From Asterionella formosa (lineage: Eukaryota), in assembly GCA_002256025.1 (NCBI GenBank), contig NKIB01013066.1, positions 1 through 64,000 on the forward strand: DNA of 64,000 nt, written 5' to 3'. Positions 45,337 through 57,100 of this stretch are shown piece after piece. Below the pieces are notes generated by a model. The model saw only the letters and a program-made list of their open reading frames with translations, was not told the origin of the DNA and made no database searches. The translations under genes and the position numbers were made by a program. Within the stretch, counting starts at the first letter, position 1. Every line of letters starts with the position of its first letter.

Positions 45337-47436
45337 TCAATAGCATTTTGTGCAACACGATGAGTCACATTTCACATCGTCCTTGCAATCAGCAGTGAGA
45401 GTATTCAACTCCAAAAGGCAAATTGAATTCGGCATGGTGCCTTTCAAATCATTGAAATAAAGATCCATACTTAACAACTCTGACAACATGCCCAATTCAC
45501 TAGGAATGGCACCACTTATCAAGTTGCCATTCAAAGACAATTCCATCAGATGGGATAGGTCACCAAATTCAGTAGGAATAGTCCCCTTGAGATTGTTGTT
45601 GCTGAGTTTCATTGCACGTAACTCTTTCAATCGTGCTAATTCACTTGGAATGGGACCATCTAACAAATTGTTGTTCAACTCAAAGTAAGAAAGTTGGGAC
45701 ATATCACCAAGCTCAGTAGGAATGGTTCCCTTGAGCATGTTAGAACTGAGGGATACACCAAGGGAAATACCAGGCAAATTCGCCAACTGGCCCAGTTCAC
45801 TAGGAATCGGTCCTACAAGAGAGTTTCCATAGAGAAAAAGTGTTGTCAGATGGGCTAGATCACCAAATGAAACAGGAATGGTGCCTGTGAACTTGTTTGA
45901 AGCAAGATTCATTTGTTCCAATTTCCTCAATTTGCCAAATTCACTAGGAATGGGTCCCTGAAGGGAACAGTTGCATAAAATCATGTCAATAAGATTGGAC
46001 AGCTTGCCAAATTCAGTAGGAATGGATCCCTTGACATGCATGGAACTAAGGTCCATTGAATACAAATTGATCAATTGGCCCAAAGAACTAGGAATGGGAC
46101 CCACGAGGGAGTTGTCATTCAAAGACATTCTCTCAAGATGGGACAAGTCCCCAAGTCTGGAGGGAATAATTCCCTTGAGCTTATTAGAACGAAGCTCCAT
46201 TGCTGTCATGAGTTTGAGCTTGCCCAACTCAGGAGGAATGGTTCCAGTTAGTGAATTTCCACTTAATTCGAGGGAGGTTATATGAGTGAGTTTGCCCAAG
46301 CTGCTAGGAATAGTTCCAGAGAGAGAATTAAAGCTCAAAGCCAAGTATCTTAGACGCCTGAGTTTGCTCAACTCATAAGGAATGGTTCCATGGAGATTGA
46401 TTGTGCCTAAATTCAAGGTAGTGAGAAGTTTAAGCTTGAATAAACATTGAGGAATGGTTCCAGAGAGCAAATAATTTGAACTCAAGTCCAAGTAAGTAAG
46501 ATATTTGAGTTTGCCCAGTTCGCAAGGGAAAATTGTTCCATGGAAATGGTTGAAACGTAAATTCAATGTTTTGAGATGTTCAAGCTTGCTCAAATATTGA
46601 GGAATGGTTCCAGAGAGGTAATAGTTTGAGCCCAAATCCAAGTAATTGAGATGGATGAGTGCACTCAATTCATGTGGAATGGTTCCACTGAGCTGGTTTG
46701 ATTTCAACTCCAAATATTCCAGAGCAGTGAGCTTGCCCAACTCACTGGGTATGGTACCGCCAAAATCGTAATTATAGCTCAAACTAAAGTAAGTGAGATG
46801 TTTGAGCTTTCCTAATGCTGGAGGAATATTTCCAGTGAGCGAGTTCTGTGTCATCCCCATGTGTTTCAAGAGGCTGAGCTTCCCCAACTCCGTTGGAATG
46901 GTACCACCTAGATCATAATTCGAACTCAACTCCAAGTAAGTGAGATTATTGAGATTTCCCAATGCATGAGGAATGGTTCCATTAAGATGGTTGACTGATA
47001 CATCTAAGTATGTCAACCTTGAGAGCTTGCTCAATTCACTGGGAATGCCACCAGAGAGGTAGTTATCTTTCAATGCCAAGTGTTTTAGGAGGTTGAGCTT
47101 GCCCAATTCACGTGGAATAGTTCCAGTGACACCATGCTGTAAATCCAAGTAGGTCAAACGAGTTAGTCCGACAATGCATTGTGGAATTTTTTGAGCCTTG
47201 TCGAAATCCGAATCCAAATCTATTGTCAATGAAGTTATACTGCAAAGAGTCTTCCTTCCAAACAAAACGACATGATTGGTTGCATCACATGCCTTTTTGC
47301 ATTTTCCAGTGGTCTTATCTATGTAATATCCCGGTTTTTCCATACAAGTTGTAATGCGTGCCTTAACAGGCGGCACAGCAACCATGGAGGAAACATAAAG
47401 GACAGCAAGAAATCGAGCAAAAGTTCCGAGCTTCAT
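45337..47436 (-). CDS. Secreted leucine-rich-repeat protein (plant-type 24-aa LRRs), no transmembrane or kinase domain
   Basis: Signal-like N-terminus, more than 20 repeats of LxxLxLxxNxLxGxIPxELGxL, and a Cys cap LTADC...VKCDSSCCTKCY typical of diatom LRR proteins. Confidence 0.92.
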   Translation of the reverse strand: MKLGTFARFLAVLYVSSMVAVPPVKARITTCMEKPGYYIDKTTGKCKKACDATNHVVLFGRKTLCSITSLTIDLDSDFDKAQKIPQCIVGLTRLTYLDLQHGVTGTIPRELGKLNLLKHLALKDNYLSGGIPSELSKLSRLTYLDVSVNHLNGTIPHALGNLNNLTYLELSSNYDLGGTIPTELGKLSLLKHMGMTQNSLTGNIPPALGKLKHLTYFSLSYNYDFGGTIPSELGKLTALEYLELKSNQLSGTIPHELSALIHLNYLDLGSNYYLSGTIPQYLSKLEHLKTLNLRFNHFHGTIFPCELGKLKYLTYLDLSSNYLLSGTIPQCLFKLKLLTTLNLGTINLHGTIPYELSKLRRLRYLALSFNSLSGTIPSSLGKLTHITSLELSGNSLTGTIPPELGKLKLMTAMELRSNKLKGIIPSRLGDLSHLERMSLNDNSLVGPIPSSLGQLINLYSMDLSSMHVKGSIPTEFGKLSNLIDMILCNCSLQGPIPSEFGKLRKLEQMNLASNKFTGTIPVSFGDLAHLTTLFLYGNSLVGPIPSELGQLANLPGISLGVSLSSNMLKGTIPTELGDMSQLSYFELNNNLLDGPIPSELARLKELRAMKLSNNNLKGTIPTEFGDLSHLMELSLNGNLISGAIPSELGMLSELLSMDLYFNDLKGTMPNSICLLELNTLTADCKDDVKCDSSCCTKCY

Positions 47437-47874
47437 AGTTTCAGGTATAGTCGCGATGAGTGTGAAATGTCAAGAAATTATGAGTCATCCAACAGTGTGT
47501 CGTGCGATTGTAACGGGTTCGCTTTGCTAGCTTAATTCCAATCACATGAGAGGGTTCTTTAGTCCCACTGTCGGTAGGCAAGCCGACGTATTGTACGCGA
47601 TGGAATCCTGATGTCAGTAGGTGCGGCTCGTTCATTGTTGTTGACAGCGTTGTTCGTCATTCTGGCAATCAATGTACCAAAGTCGTGGAATCTGTAGTGA
47701 TGCGGACGAGGGAATGCATATACCGGTATGACAAACAGAATGATGCCCTTTGGAGAAACGCAATCATTCAGGACAGTTCGCTTTTCTCCGTGAGGTCGTT
47801 GTGATCGATGATGGATGATTGTTGATGATATCCCGATATGGATATACTGTAATGGTTGCGTCTATATTTTATAC

Positions 47875-48280
47875 TGGTATCTGGTACCTGTACTGTACAC
47901 GATACCGGTACCAAGTTCTCTACTACCGGTATACCGGTAGACATCCCTTACCGTACCAGCTACCAGGGTACGATTAATTAACATGCCGGTATTTTATTCT
48001 TGTATGAAAGGCCGACAGGATGGTGACATTTACATACCGAAATATTTATTACAAATAATTTTAGTCTTCTTTCAGACATACCGGTATCAGAATACCCGTA
48101 TATACATTCACACATATAGGTTGGCAAAAGATCTCATCCATTCTTATGACAGCTACCCGAAAGCAAGGCCGGAGCAATCGTGGATTTCAACACAATACCA
48201 GGTACTGGATGGTACCAGCTTTAGAATTAGTAATAGCTACTAGCAACTACCGGTATTTAAAAGTCAGGAGTACCGGGTAT
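47875..48280. repeat. GGTACC/TACCGG cluster in a divergent promoter
   Basis: CTGGTATCTGGTACCTG, TACCGGTACC, TACCGGTATACCGGTA and TACCAGGTACTGG between the LRR and PA-RING starts. Confidence 0.8.
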
Positions 48281-48577
48281 GTTCGGGTAAAATACATAAC
48301 ATCTGATTAAAATTAACCGTCACTGTCCTGTACATCTTTATGCAGCTTTACTCAAGAATATTATAATTTAAATACATATAAATAACCTTAAGACTATATA
48401 ATACAGCGATCGAAATACGGTACGGTAACGTCATGGAAAATAAATCAAGACAGGCAGTTACTTCTGGTTTCCATTTGACACAAGAAGACACCATCATTCT
48501 CCTTCCGTGACCTCCACTGTGCCTTCTCCACGCTTTCCCTGCAAGACCACCGAGCAGTCTTCACACAAAACACCATC

Positions 48578-49890
48578 ATGCCCGTGTCCATTGGGTTCAT
48601 GCCTCTGCTTCGCTTCGCTCTCGTTGCCTTGGCGGTACGACTGAGTTCAGTGACAGCCATGGTCTCTGTGCAGACCAGCCAGTTCTCGGCGGAGCTCTTG
48701 TCCATGCCAGCCGTATTTGGCATGAGATGGCAGCCTGGCATAGAATATTACGCGCATTTGCAGTTTCTGCCAGATCACATTTTCCTTTGCAACAACGAAG
48801 ACATTACTAGTTTGTCATCGGACGCGAACGGGAGGCTTCTGTCGCACCGCAACAACCAGACCACTCATCCCACCTCCGATGGATTGCCCGTGGTACTCCT
48901 AGTCTCGAGAGGAGGGTGCAGTTTTGAAGAGAAAGCAAGGAATGCCATGAAGATAGATCTTGTCAAGTATCTCATTGTCTGCGACGATCGCGTCAGACCT
49001 AGTCCCTTCACCAAGTTGGTGCCCATGAGCGCGACGAACCCAACAAATGTTGACGTGGGAATGTTGTTTGTTTCGTACACTTCAGGAATGAGTGAGTATA
49101 GTTTAATTGAAATTACGGTAATGACACTGGAATGAGAGTGGAAAAGGAACAATAATACTCTCCTACTGGGCACTTTCTCTCATCTGCGCGCACTGTCTCT
49201 CTCCTCACAGAACTCATTACTATGATTCACGATCAATTTCAGAACGTGACAGACGCTGGAGGCTTGGTCATCAAGATGGACTCAGTTGCCCCTAATTTAC
49301 CATACGGACCGTCAGAGGGACAGCAGTGGGTACTTGCAGCAATGGCTGGATTCTTTACATTTTTGGCATGCTTTGCTTGTTTGCTCATGTGCGTCCACGC
49401 AGGGATTCTCCCGTCGGACAGGAATCACGGCACCTTTGGAAGGTTAGCCCGCACAGGGTCTATCCTACTTTCAGAGGAACAGGTTACTGCATTGCCTCTA
49501 CAGGAATACAAGGCAAATATTGAAGCTGGTAATCAAACTTCATGTGCTATATGTCTTGAAGAATATGAACAAGGGGAGAAGTTGAGGCAATTGGCTTGTG
49601 GCCATTGCTTCCACCATGATTGCATCAAGCCTTGGTTGACAGAACGTAGTGCTAGTTGCCCGTTGTGCAAGCTTGAAGTTACGGTACATGGATTGTCCGG
49701 AAATGTCGGAGCATCTTTCACAGCAATAAATCCGTGGTGGTGGCGAAGGTCGAATTGGACGTACAGAAGCATTTTGCCCTTGTCTTTTGACAATGAAATA
49801 CCTAACAATCCTGCTGCAATATTGGAGACAGTGCAACCTGATGCGACCACGCCATTGCCCTCGCAATCAGGAGGACAACGGTTACAGTAG
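48578..49890 (+). CDS. PA-TM-RING E3 ubiquitin ligase (RMR/GRAIL-like); exons 48578-49091 and 49211-49890
   Basis: Signal peptide, PA motif LVSRGGCSFEEKARNA, transmembrane helix WVLAAMAGFFTFLACFACLLMC, and RING-H2 CAICLEEY...CGHCFHHDCIKPWL...CPLC. Intron 49092-49210 (GTGAGT..CAG) joins the frames. Confidence 0.92.
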
Positions 49891-50031
49891 CCTGTTGCTT
49901 TCTAGATGATTTCATTTCGCACGAACATGGTGATTCTCCAAAGGACAACGTTTGTAAAAGTAACTGAGATGTTGTATAATAAAATATAGTCGGATATTCG
50001 CATAAACTAAAATATTCCACTAAATATTCCT

Positions 50032-51459
50032 TTATCGCTTCGCATGCGCTACACTGACTCCATTAAATAATCTGTTCGCCTTCTTGTCCATTTTGTTGAT
50101 GGGCAACAATTGTCTGTCTTGAAATCGCTTTCCCCTGGCCTCATCCCGAGCTGCCTTGGCCACAACAGCCTTGTACCTGTAAAGCGAAAGTGCACTATAA
50201 CCCCCTCCAGCTGCCTTGACCAAGACTCCAGCACCAGATCGTCCTTGCGCGGTCCCAGGAGTAATTCCAGCCCGGAGAAGGACCAAAGAGTTCTCGTGCT
50301 TGACTTCTTCTGTACCAGTTTGGTAGACGCGACCGCGGTAGAGCCGTTCTCCAGCTGCCCGTCGTGCAGCGGCAACAGCAGGGTCTTCATGGTCGGGACG
50401 GAAACGCTGTCTGTAGTATCGACTAAGGGTACGGTGACCGATAATCCGTCCGTCCGGCAAAATGAGCTCACCAAGAGGAGTGACGTCAAATCCATATTTT
50501 GCAATCTCTTCTTGGTATCCATCATACAAGCCATCGTATAAGCCATCATCGTCAATCTCTTTCCTTTCTTCCATCTCCTCGTCGTCACTAACATCTTCCC
50601 ATTCCCCCTCGTCGTCACCATCATCACTACCTTTTTCTTCCACATTGTCCATTTCAGTATTTTCCACGGCGGCGTCCTTGCTATATTTTGCCAAGAATTC
50701 AGCATCGGCTTCCGAAAAGTCATAGAATGGATCAAATTCCTCCATATCAATCCCACGTTCGTATCTCAGCTTGGTGTGTCTTGTGCTAATCATATGCTTT
50801 TGACATCCCTGCCAAGTGGTAAAAGTTTTGTGGCAACAGAGACAAACATGACCCAACTTGATCTTTTCGTGACAGTAGCCCACCAGACCTTCCTTGTCAA
50901 TCAAGTACTCTTGATCCGGAATGAAGAATCCATATTTGCGGTGCATGCGCTCCACGTTGGCTTCGATGCTGGCTGAGATGTGCTTATCAAAGAGGCATTG
51001 GTAAGGATTTATTTCTGGCGCCTCTTCTTCCACCTCCACCTCTGTCGCCTCCTCCGTCGTCTCTGCGGCTTCGTCAAGAACCATGCGCTCGCCCTCCTCC
51101 TTTGGTTCGCCTGTTGCAGTCTTCATATTCTCATAGGCAGCGACTTGAGAGACAGCCGTGGCTCCTCCGAGTTTGGATCCCCCCTGATGCTTCTTCTTAC
51201 TTTCTTTTTGTTTGTTTTTCAAATGATTCGTTCCAGTTCGCTCGTCTCTACCTTGTCGTTCCTGGCGAAGCGCCAGAGCAGTTTCGAGGCGCATTTGAAA
51301 TTCTTCGTCCTTCAAGAGTGCCAATCCTGCTTCCCGACGTTTGAGATTGTACTTGTGCCAATCCGATTTGTAATGATTCGCAATGTCGGCCCGCGACGCA
51401 AACACCTTCCCAGGTGCTGTCGTTGACGTGAGGCCGTCTGATGGACACGATGTTGCCAT
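50032..51459 (-). CDS. REI1: Pre-60S maturation factor REI1/ZNF622
   Basis: HYKSDWHKYNLKRR, CLFD...HRKYGFFIPDQEYL, CLCC...QKHM...H, and ELILPDGRIIGHRTLSRYYRQ. First ATG at 51459. Confidence 0.92.
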   Translation of the reverse strand: MATSCPSDGLTSTTAPGKVFASRADIANHYKSDWHKYNLKRREAGLALLKDEEFQMRLETALALRQERQGRDERTGTNHLKNKQKESKKKHQGGSKLGGATAVSQVAAYENMKTATGEPKEEGERMVLDEAAETTEEATEVEVEEEAPEINPYQCLFDKHISASIEANVERMHRKYGFFIPDQEYLIDKEGLVGYCHEKIKLGHVCLCCHKTFTTWQGCQKHMISTRHTKLRYERGIDMEEFDPFYDFSEADAEFLAKYSKDAAVENTEMDNVEEKGSDDGDDEGEWEDVSDDEEMEERKEIDDDGLYDGLYDGYQEEIAKYGFDVTPLGELILPDGRIIGHRTLSRYYRQRFRPDHEDPAVAAARRAAGERLYRGRVYQTGTEEVKHENSLVLLRAGITPGTAQGRSGAGVLVKAAGGGYSALSLYRYKAVVAKAARDEARGKRFQDRQLLPINKMDKKANRLFNGVSVAHAKR

Positions 51460-52008
51460 GTTTACAAAGGACAAAGAAACAAGATCAAACTTTCCTTGTG
51501 TCAAAGCGGATGATGTGGATTATTTGCCAAGCCTCTCTCTGTTGACACTTTCACGGGGAACAAAACTGAGCTCGTATTGATAATCAACAAAATAGAGACT
51601 ATAACAAGGCAATGTAATTGATTCGGTGTGGCAGATGATGAAGGGAATAATTAAACAAACGAGCTATATATATAGATGTATGTATAGATTTAGATTTGCA
51701 GTGAGCAAAGGATGAAGCAAGCAAGCAATGCGAACAAAGTGCCATTCATCGTCATATACTGGGAACATATTCTGTGAAAATTGGAATACGACACCCCCGC
51801 CAGGATAAAACAAAAAAGAAAAACACAACGATTCTATATATTGGTCATGATTAAAATATGTGGTGGTGGCCGCGACACAATTGACTCAGTTCTGCCTGTC
51901 CGTCGCCACGGCAGTCCCACACGAGGTCGTGCTATCAAAATAGTTTATTACTAGAGTTTGAGCGAACATGATCGATTCCCGAAACAACTTGATCATGTTT
52001 TTTTTATG

Positions 52009-52337
52009 NNNNNNNNNNNNNNNNNNNNNNNNNNNNNNNNNNNNNNNNNNNNNNNNNNNNNNNNNNNNNNNNNNNNNNNNNNNNNNNNNNNNNNNNNNNN
52101 NNNNNNNNNNNNNNNNNNNNNNNNNNNNNNNNNNNNNNNNNNNNNNNNNNNNNNNNNNNNNNNNNNNNNNNNNNNNNNNNNNNNNNNNNNNNNNNNNNNN
52201 NNNNNNNNNNNNNNNNNNNNNNNNNNNNNNNNNNNNNNNNNNNNNNNNNNNNNNNNNNNNNNNNNNNNNNNNNNNNNNNNNNNNNNNNNNNNNNNNNNNN
52301 NNNNNNNNNNNNNNNNNNNNNNNNNNNNNNNNNNNNN
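52009..52337. other. Assembly gap (N run)
   Basis: Run of N. Confidence 1.
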
Positions 52338-52479
52338 CCGGTAGTGATATCATATGTAAAATAAGAGTCATCAGTTTAAAATTGATGATGACGTCAATAC
52401 TGGGGTGACACTCAAGACTCAAGAATTCTCATCGTGCAACGGATGTGTCATACTCCTGCTTATCAAATACAAAACCGCC

Positions 52480-54000
52480 ATGCTGACAGCAGCTCGTCGT
52501 ATTCCCTTGCTGGGAAAGCTGCTCCATCGCCATGCTTCCAATGGATCCTTTGCTTCCCTGTTCAACCCGACGGAAGAGCATCGTCAGCTTCGAGATATGC
52601 TGAGAACTTTTGTTGCCAATGACGTGAGTCTGTTTGCTTCGTTTTGCTTCCAGCATGAGGTCATGCAACATCAAACAATATCGCTTGATGCCTGTTATCT
52701 TCGTTATTTACCGTCCATCAGTCTTGCAATGGGTTGCCTTTGCAACAAATATTGATACTGTTTCACTCGTTTTTGGCCTTTCAGAGTCGTTGTTTGCATA
52801 GTACCGGTACTCATTTCTGCTCACTATCCGAATTCCGTACCAATACGCACACAACTACGAACAAATAATTTGTAGGTCGAACCTCAAGCAAATCATTTCA
52901 ACAAACACGAGAAATTCAATATTCCTCTGTTTGCCAAGCTAGGCACGCTGTCCTCCGATGGGCTGGGGATACTGGGTATCACTGTCCCAGAACAATACTC
53001 TGGGACAAACTTAGATGCCACAGCAGTTGCCATAGTTCACGAAGAACTCAGTTACTCCGATCCTGCATTCTGTCTATCCTATTTGGCACACTCTCTGCTT
53101 TTTGTCAACAACCTGGCTATTAATGGAAGCGAACAACAGAAAGAACGATTCTTGCCACCAGCCCTGGAGGGGTCCATGATTGGGTCCATGGGGATGAGCG
53201 AACCTGGGGCAGGGACAGATGTGCTAGGAATGACGACTCGAGCTTCATATGATGCAGAAAAGAAGGGATGGATTGTAAATGGAACAAAAATGTGGATTAC
53301 GAATGGCACTCTAGACGGAACAGGCACTGGTCATATTAGTCTCATTTATGCTCGCACTGGACCGCAGCGACAGGACATTACACAGTTTTTGGTTGAAAAG
53401 GATATGCAGGGTTTCACTGTCGGACAGCAAATTAAAGATAAGCTTGGAATGCGAGCGTCGCCAACAGCAGAACTAGTATTCGACAATGTTTTTATTCCAG
53501 AAGCCAATGTCGTCGGCCAAGTCAACAAGGCGACACTTTGCATGATGCGAAACCTCGAGATTGAGCGAGTTGGACTCGCTGCCATGGCCTTAGGAATTGC
53601 TCGGCGGTGTATTGATGAGATGAAACAATATGCCGGCGAACGAACCGCTTTTGGAAAGAACTTGTATCAATTTGGTCAAATCCAGCGGCATATTGCTGAG
53701 AGCTATGCTGAATACATGGCGGGACGAGCTTATGTATATGGGTTTGCTGCTGGCCTTAATTTGAAATCTGCTGGTAATGGGCTTGATGCAGATGGGGTCA
53801 AGCTGTACTGTGCTCCAATGGCTAAGAACATTGCCGATCGAGCCATTCAAGTACTGGGGGGAAATGGATACGTGGGAATGTACTCTGTCGAGAGGCTTTG
53901 GAGAGATGCCAAGCTCCTTGAAATCGGCGGAGGAACAAACGAAAGCCATCACAAAAACATGAGCAGAGATCTCCAAAAAATGGGAAATCGCCTGGATTGA
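52480..54000 (+). CDS. IVD: Isovaleryl-CoA dehydrogenase, mitochondrial; exons 52480-52623 and 52876-54000
   Basis: Mitochondrial-like presequence MLTAARRIPLLGKLLHRHAS, LFNPTEEH, LSYLAHSLLFVNN, MSEPGAGTDV, NGTKMWITNG, KLGMRAS, RLWRDAKLLEIGGGT. Intron 52624-52875 GTGAGT..TAG is in frame. Confidence 0.93.
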
Positions 54001-54175
54001 CGACATTAGCCCCAGAAGGTTTGACGAATGAAATAAGATTAGAAATAATAAACTAGAAAGAACTTCAGAAACTAAAAATACTATCTACACTCAATTTGAG
54101 CCAACAGCTTGAAGATAGTCTGGAACCCAAAGCAAACGTCCAACATTCCTGGCTTTTTGCGTCCTCACAGGCTTA

Positions 54176-57100
54176 CTACAAAGCAGTTTTTTCTGTTGTC
54201 CTCTCCTTGTATATGGTGTCGTCAATGGTGCCACAAGCCAAAAACCGCCAAATATTTACAGTCTTTGTTTGACCGAAACGCCGAACACGCCCAATGGCCT
54301 GTGTTTCATACGCGTTGTACTGATGTTGAGTGTCGGCAAGAAGTGGATGAACAAAGATTGCATGATTGCATGTTGTGAGATTGACACCAGCAGAACTCTC
54401 ATCGTCCATCGTCAGCAACAGAACTTTTGGATCCTCCTTACTTGGGACTTCCTTCTGGAGTACATCCAATGCCTTGATTTGCTGTGAAATTGAACCCTTC
54501 ACTTGCAATGCTTTGACGCCACGGTCTTCCAAAGAGTCTGCTACTTTTTCCTTCAAATCTTGGAATTGCACAAAGACAATAACGCGGTCTCCTTGCTCCA
54601 CCAGTTCTTTGATTTTCTTCACGATCGCCGACAGCTTAGCCCCATAATGGCCACCTCCTTCATGGTCTTTATCAGCCCCGAGATCCACAGCAGTGCATAC
54701 ATGCGCATTTCGCACTGATGCCTTGCACGAGGGATCGATGCACTCTTCGCGATCAGCGTGATAGTGTAGGCACTTGAGACAACCAATGTGCCCACAAGAA
54801 CTCAAAACACCGGCCTTATCCTGGGGAAGCAAATTTTTGTCTGGGTAGCATTCGCAATGAGAGTTGCCGTGACCGGAGCATACTGGAATTTTCTTATCCT
54901 TAAGTTGGAAATCACGGACCCAAACAAAGTACCTTAGACTGCGTATTCTGCCACACAGCTCTTTCGCAAGAACTCGAACAGAATGCATGTGCTCACGAAG
55001 GCAGTATTTCCAATGTCGCAACTCGACTGCATCTGGTTTCGAATGCGACTTTCGTTTGCGTTTCTTGGCAGGAACATCTTCGTCCTCGTCTAGGTCAAAG
55101 TCATCGCCGGTAAAGTAATCATCCGGGCGTTTCTCTGCAGCAGCTATAGCTTTTGCTACTATTCCCCGAATTTTGTCATGTACTTCGCTATCTGCACCCT
55201 GTGTAACGGAGTTATTGCTTTCCACGTCAGCCAGGAACCTTTGCAACCTGTCTTCCACTTCACCATGTTCGGTCTTGGCAAATCCTAACCAGTCTGGCTG
55301 GTGTTCCAGAATGAAAACTCGTCGAGCCACACCGTTGGCGATAGCATTGAAAAAGTCGCGCTCACAACTGGTTAGCTGATCCCGACGAATAGAGACAATT
55401 TCCTCACAAGTTTCAAGAGGTGTGGCATCTTTTTTGTTCATGTTGAAATGAGCGCACGTCTTCAAAAGAGCTTCCTCTGCGCTCTTGGAACTCCCCAGGC
55501 TGTTCTGCATTCGTTCAGCACGGTCACCGGTGGAGCTCTTCTTGCTTTTCAAAGCCTTCATGTTGTTCATTTCTAGGCTCATCAAGTGATTTTCAAGTTC
55601 AAGATAAATAGCCATTTCCGCGGGAGGCAAATTGACTAGTATCTTGTGTTCGTCACATTTTATCTCGTCGATTTCAGCAATGTTTTGACGAACGAAGCGA
55701 TCGAAGAAGGCCTGACCTAGTTCATGGCGACGCTCGTGCCACTGCATAGACTTCGTTTCGAGCAAATTCGAAAACTTTTCCAATTCAGTTTGTCCTTCAC
55801 TACTTTTTGCTCCTCTCCTATTAGTTTTCGTTCCAGGGAGCAATTCATCTTTTCCAAGGTGGATTCCAAGGAGGTTTGCCAATTGCTGAGCATCATCGAA
55901 ATTCGCATGGGGAGGAGTTCCAGACAGACACCAACGGAAGGTCGACTTAAGTCCAAGCACCAGAGTAAGCACTCGGGCGCGGTCAGCCTTGTCGGCCAAG
56001 TAATGAAATTCATCAACGACCAGACGCTTCCAAAAGAACATTTCAAGTGGCGGGCATTTCATTTTCTTATAGTTGCCTTGGACCTTTGAATTCTTCAAAT
56101 CCCAAGGATCCTGATCAGCTTTGGCGACAACTGCAGGTCCTTTTTTCTTCTTGGCATGAACTCCATTCTTTGCTTGCTCTGCGCTTACATTCTTATATAC
56201 GGCCTTTTTTTTATCTAGACGCACGCTATCACCATTTGAGTTGCTAGCGTTGTTCTTCGCATCCTCGTCAATACTTTTGTAAGCAGATGGACAATCGTTG
56301 CGGATGATAGAGACGCGTCGCATCAAACCAGTCAGGCACTGGTTGTATACGGCGTCGAAGTGCCGCCCTCCTGCTTTACCATTGGTAGGCAATGTTTCCG
56401 GATCAATACCGGACAAACGTCCAAGACGCTGGAAGTACTTCTCACCACTGAGAACACCAAAATTGGCTACCACAATGTCCGCTTCCATGACTTCGTCAAC
56501 AGATAGGTTGTTGAACGATGTCATATCTTTGATGACGCATACTTTCACTTTCTTTCCCAAAAATTTCTCTATTTCGCGTGGCCATTGGCCCATGAGATGA
56601 GCCGGAACAATGACTAACGTTGCTCGAGTATAGATATACTGCTCTTTAAATTCTAACGGCGGGGGTTCAGGCTCACCATTAACTTCCACTGAAGCTCTGA
56701 TGAGCCCAAGTGTGATGGCAGTCTTACCGTATCCAACCTTGATTAAAGCAAACAAAGGAGATGAGATTTTTGACAGAAACAAACGTACACAAGCAAAGGG
56801 ACATGTGGCCAAACCTACCTCGTCTGCAACAATGCCACCTCGAACAAGGACTGGTCGTTGCACTCTTCCTTCCGCACGCCAATTCAAGTTAGGTAGCACA
56901 GCCTCCACGACTTCTTCTTCCATAAAAGGCATTGTGCTAGCTTCCTGGTATAACATCCACTCCAGAGAACGGAGTTGCTCTTTTCGAAGTGGAAATCGTC
57001 CATCGAAACCTAACGGTTGATGCGCTTGTTTATCAAGTTTGTTGGAGGTCAGATGCATCTTCTGAAAGTCTCCATCTGTAAAGGATGATTTGTCGTGATG

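Noticed and set aside
5401..50756. Long antisense or alternate-frame ORFs overlapping real genes (e.g. 5401-5982, 19482-20009, 50049-50756)
   Set aside because: Shadow ORFs of well-supported coding sequences.
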